From Klebsormidium nitens (lineage: Eukaryota; Plantae; Klebsormidiophyceae), in contig DF237114.1 in NCBI GenBank assembly GCA_000708835.1, positions 1-64,000 of the forward strand: DNA of 64,000 bases. The letters run 5' to 3'. This document shows positions 61,801 through 64,000 of this stretch, in pieces. The notes beneath the pieces are model-generated. The model saw only the letters and a list, made by a program, of their open reading frames with translations, was not told the origin of the DNA and searched no databases. Within the stretch, counting starts at the first letter, position 1; every line of letters starts with the position of its first letter. A program made the translations under genes and the position numbers.

Positions 61801-64000
61801 TGTTCTTTTCTGCGTTTTTCTTTACAACCGTCACTTCATGGACTACTTTTGGGGGCTATAATGAGGCGGTGCCACGTCCATGCAAAACTAGCGTTTGCAG
61901 GCGGTCGGTACGATAGGCACGCAAGTGAGCCTCTCTTCGCTCTTACGCAAAACCCTCGACAACAAGTTGAGAGCTCTCTACTGCTAAAGGCTATGATGAG
62001 TATCCTGAACGGCTGCGCTAAACGGAGCCATTGGAGGTGCTTGGGTTTGGCCTTAGAGCCTTTGAAAAGCAGTATAACCGTCTTACAACCGTCTTTTTCG
62101 TGGCGACCTTTTGTGTATCGAAGTTCAAAAGTTAAGCTTGTCGCGTTGGCTGGCGGGGACCGGCTGTCGATCTAATTCTTGAAGTGGCTACCAATCGGGC
62201 TGTCGCAGCTGTAGCTGCTTATAGGCTGATGGGCCAGCTAATTTTCACAGAACCTCAGAACAGCAGTTTCTGAGCCCGCACGTCTTGTGCTGTCGTAGAC
62301 CTGGCACGTAGGATTTTGGTGTCGTTGAGTAAACATGTCCCGTTCCCGGTGACCTGTTTTCAGTCCAAATATCTGAAGGGCTCACCGGCCCGTAATCGAC
62401 CAGCCGTAAGCCGGGGTTCTCTACGATATGACATAAAGGACTCACTAGCTCCAGAGGCTAGTAGACCCTTGAGAGTTCAAGCTTCGCAAAATGTGAAGCG
62501 AGACTGCCAGCTTGGGTCGTCGGTGCATGGGTAAGCCGCGCGCGCGCCGGCCGTGGCGCGCTGCAACTGGGCGGCCGCGCGCACCGCTGGTCGCACCAAT
62601 GGAAGTTGGCACTGGCTTGGCCCGCGTTTCGCCTCAAAGCGCCGCGCGCGCTCGGCTGCAGCAGCGCGCGGCGCGTGTGCGTTTTTTCAATGCATTAACG
62701 GACTTCATAACGACGTTCGGGACCTATGGAGAGACGGTGCCATGTTGATGCAAAAGCAGCGTTTGCAGCATTGGCTACGTCGGCAGGCACGCGAGTGAGC
62801 CTTTCTTGTATTTACTCAAATACCTTGTGGGCCGATTTAGCTACCGGATGAAAGCTCTCTGGGCCAAGGGAGGCAACGAGCTTGAGTATCTAGAACGGCT
62901 GTGCCTAAACGCAGCCATTCCGGTTCGCCTTTGAGCCGCGAGTCGAACCCGCAATATTATTGCAACATGTTCAAGCTAGCAAACCGTCTAAACAGCACTG
63001 CTTTCCTTCTGACCTCTGAAAATTGTCAATCTGCCGTTGTAAGCCAGCGGTAATCATGGGCGTGCGTTCCACAGAACCTCCAACGTCTGCTTCTTCTCAG
63101 CCTGCACGTCTCCTACTGTCGTAGGGACGTAACCTACAGTAGATTCCTAGGGTTTTGTGGTTAGGAATTTCTATGGTGACCCGGTCGTTCTTCATTTGAA
63201 GGGCTCACCGGGGGAAACAGCGGCATAGTGCATGGGACCAGCAGTGACGCTATCCAGATTTGAACCAAGGCGACTGCCCATCAGATCTTGAGACTCTCGA
63301 GCAAGAGGCTTCTTTTTTGCAGATGTGAAATATGTGAAGCGAGCGTGCCAGCTGCGTGTCGCGGGTCCACTTGCGCGCGGCCGCTGCCGCGGCACACAGC
63401 AGCGGCCACGCACGGCGGCCAGCCGGGCGGTGAGTCCGCACCTCAACTTTTGCAAAAGTTTGCATTCGAAAGTCGAGGAGAACTTCTGAGGAGAACTTCG
63501 AGGAAACTTTTGAACTTGTGGAGAAAGTTGTTATTCTAGAGACATTTCTGGAAAGCATAAGGAGGTTCGAGACCGCATTACAGCTAGCAGCGCGCGGCGC
63601 GGGTGTGTTGCACCGGACGTTTACACCGTAACAGCACCTCATGAAGCGTTGCATCATGTTCTGAATAGGTGACTCGCTTAACTTCTCTTACCTAGGGACT
63701 GGGCAGCCCTTCGGCCCCCCCGTCTCCTCCGTTTGAGGATTTTCTCCCCCATTAGGAACCAGTGGATCCTGGTCTGACCACTGGCGAGTGACCGACGTCG
63801 TTTTTTTACGCAGTCCTGGACTCCTTGCACAGCCTGCCGATACCCCTCCGATATTGCGAAGGTCGCTTTCGTGAATATGGATATGCCAGGAATTGGACTT
63901 GCGCGTGCCTTGACGTAGTCGGCCATCGGCAGTACGTCAAAGTCGAAAGAGCTTTGCGATGCCGGCCTGCGTATCTTAGCAGTCCTTTTACTCGTCTCTG
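55900..64000 (+). pseudogene. Second set of decayed paralogous LRR/RNI-like (possibly F-box-LRR) units
   Basis: Shared blocks: CTGTGGGGAGGCCGGTGTTT (56470, 59317), GGCGCATCCAGCTTGTCATCTGGCCCC (56584, 59538), TTGTGCA.TTGCTGGC (56975, 60643), GAGGCGGTGCCACGTC (57306, 61863; variant 62735), GAGTATC..GAACGGCT (57451, 61998, 62884), GAAGGGCTCACCGG (62375, 63198). Peptides DLTRLHL, HLRNLHL, EYLERLCL, NLQRLLL. Confidence 0.6.

Noticed and set aside
35320-63580. GGTTCGA T-loop-like words (35323, 42677, 63565) as tRNAs or SINEs
   Set aside because: No cloverleaf or A-box could be folded around them.

Overview
Eukaryotic nuclear DNA with GT-AG introns; the gene set suggests an early-diverging streptophyte alga such as Klebsormidium (inference). 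Four host genes are well supported: a 4-exon DUF2828/VWA gene with an in-exon frameshift (5232-9284, -), an intronless F-box-like gene (10596-11573, -), a 6-exon PRR7-like clock pseudo-response regulator of 1018 aa (13836-19378, -) with evening-element-like and G-box motifs upstream, and a 4-exon DUF1223 thioredoxin-fold gene (31988-35094, +). Two mobile elements are present. One is a 444-bp MITE with 15-bp TIRs and an exact 8-bp TSD (21040-21483). The other is a ~7.6-kb Kolobok-like DDE transposon (23929-31500), the most unusual object in the window. It carries a nonsense-interrupted transposase, a spliced accessory gene resembling KolX / the P2X7 C-terminal domain, a ~49-bp G-rich array, a 791-N assembly gap and three terminal-repeat copies, one in a 394-bp inverted duplicate ending in TTAA. 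The last ~28 kb have no intact long ORF but contain tandem, decayed paralogous units with LRR-like fragments. All splice models, alignments and family assignments were made by eye and need database and transcript confirmation.
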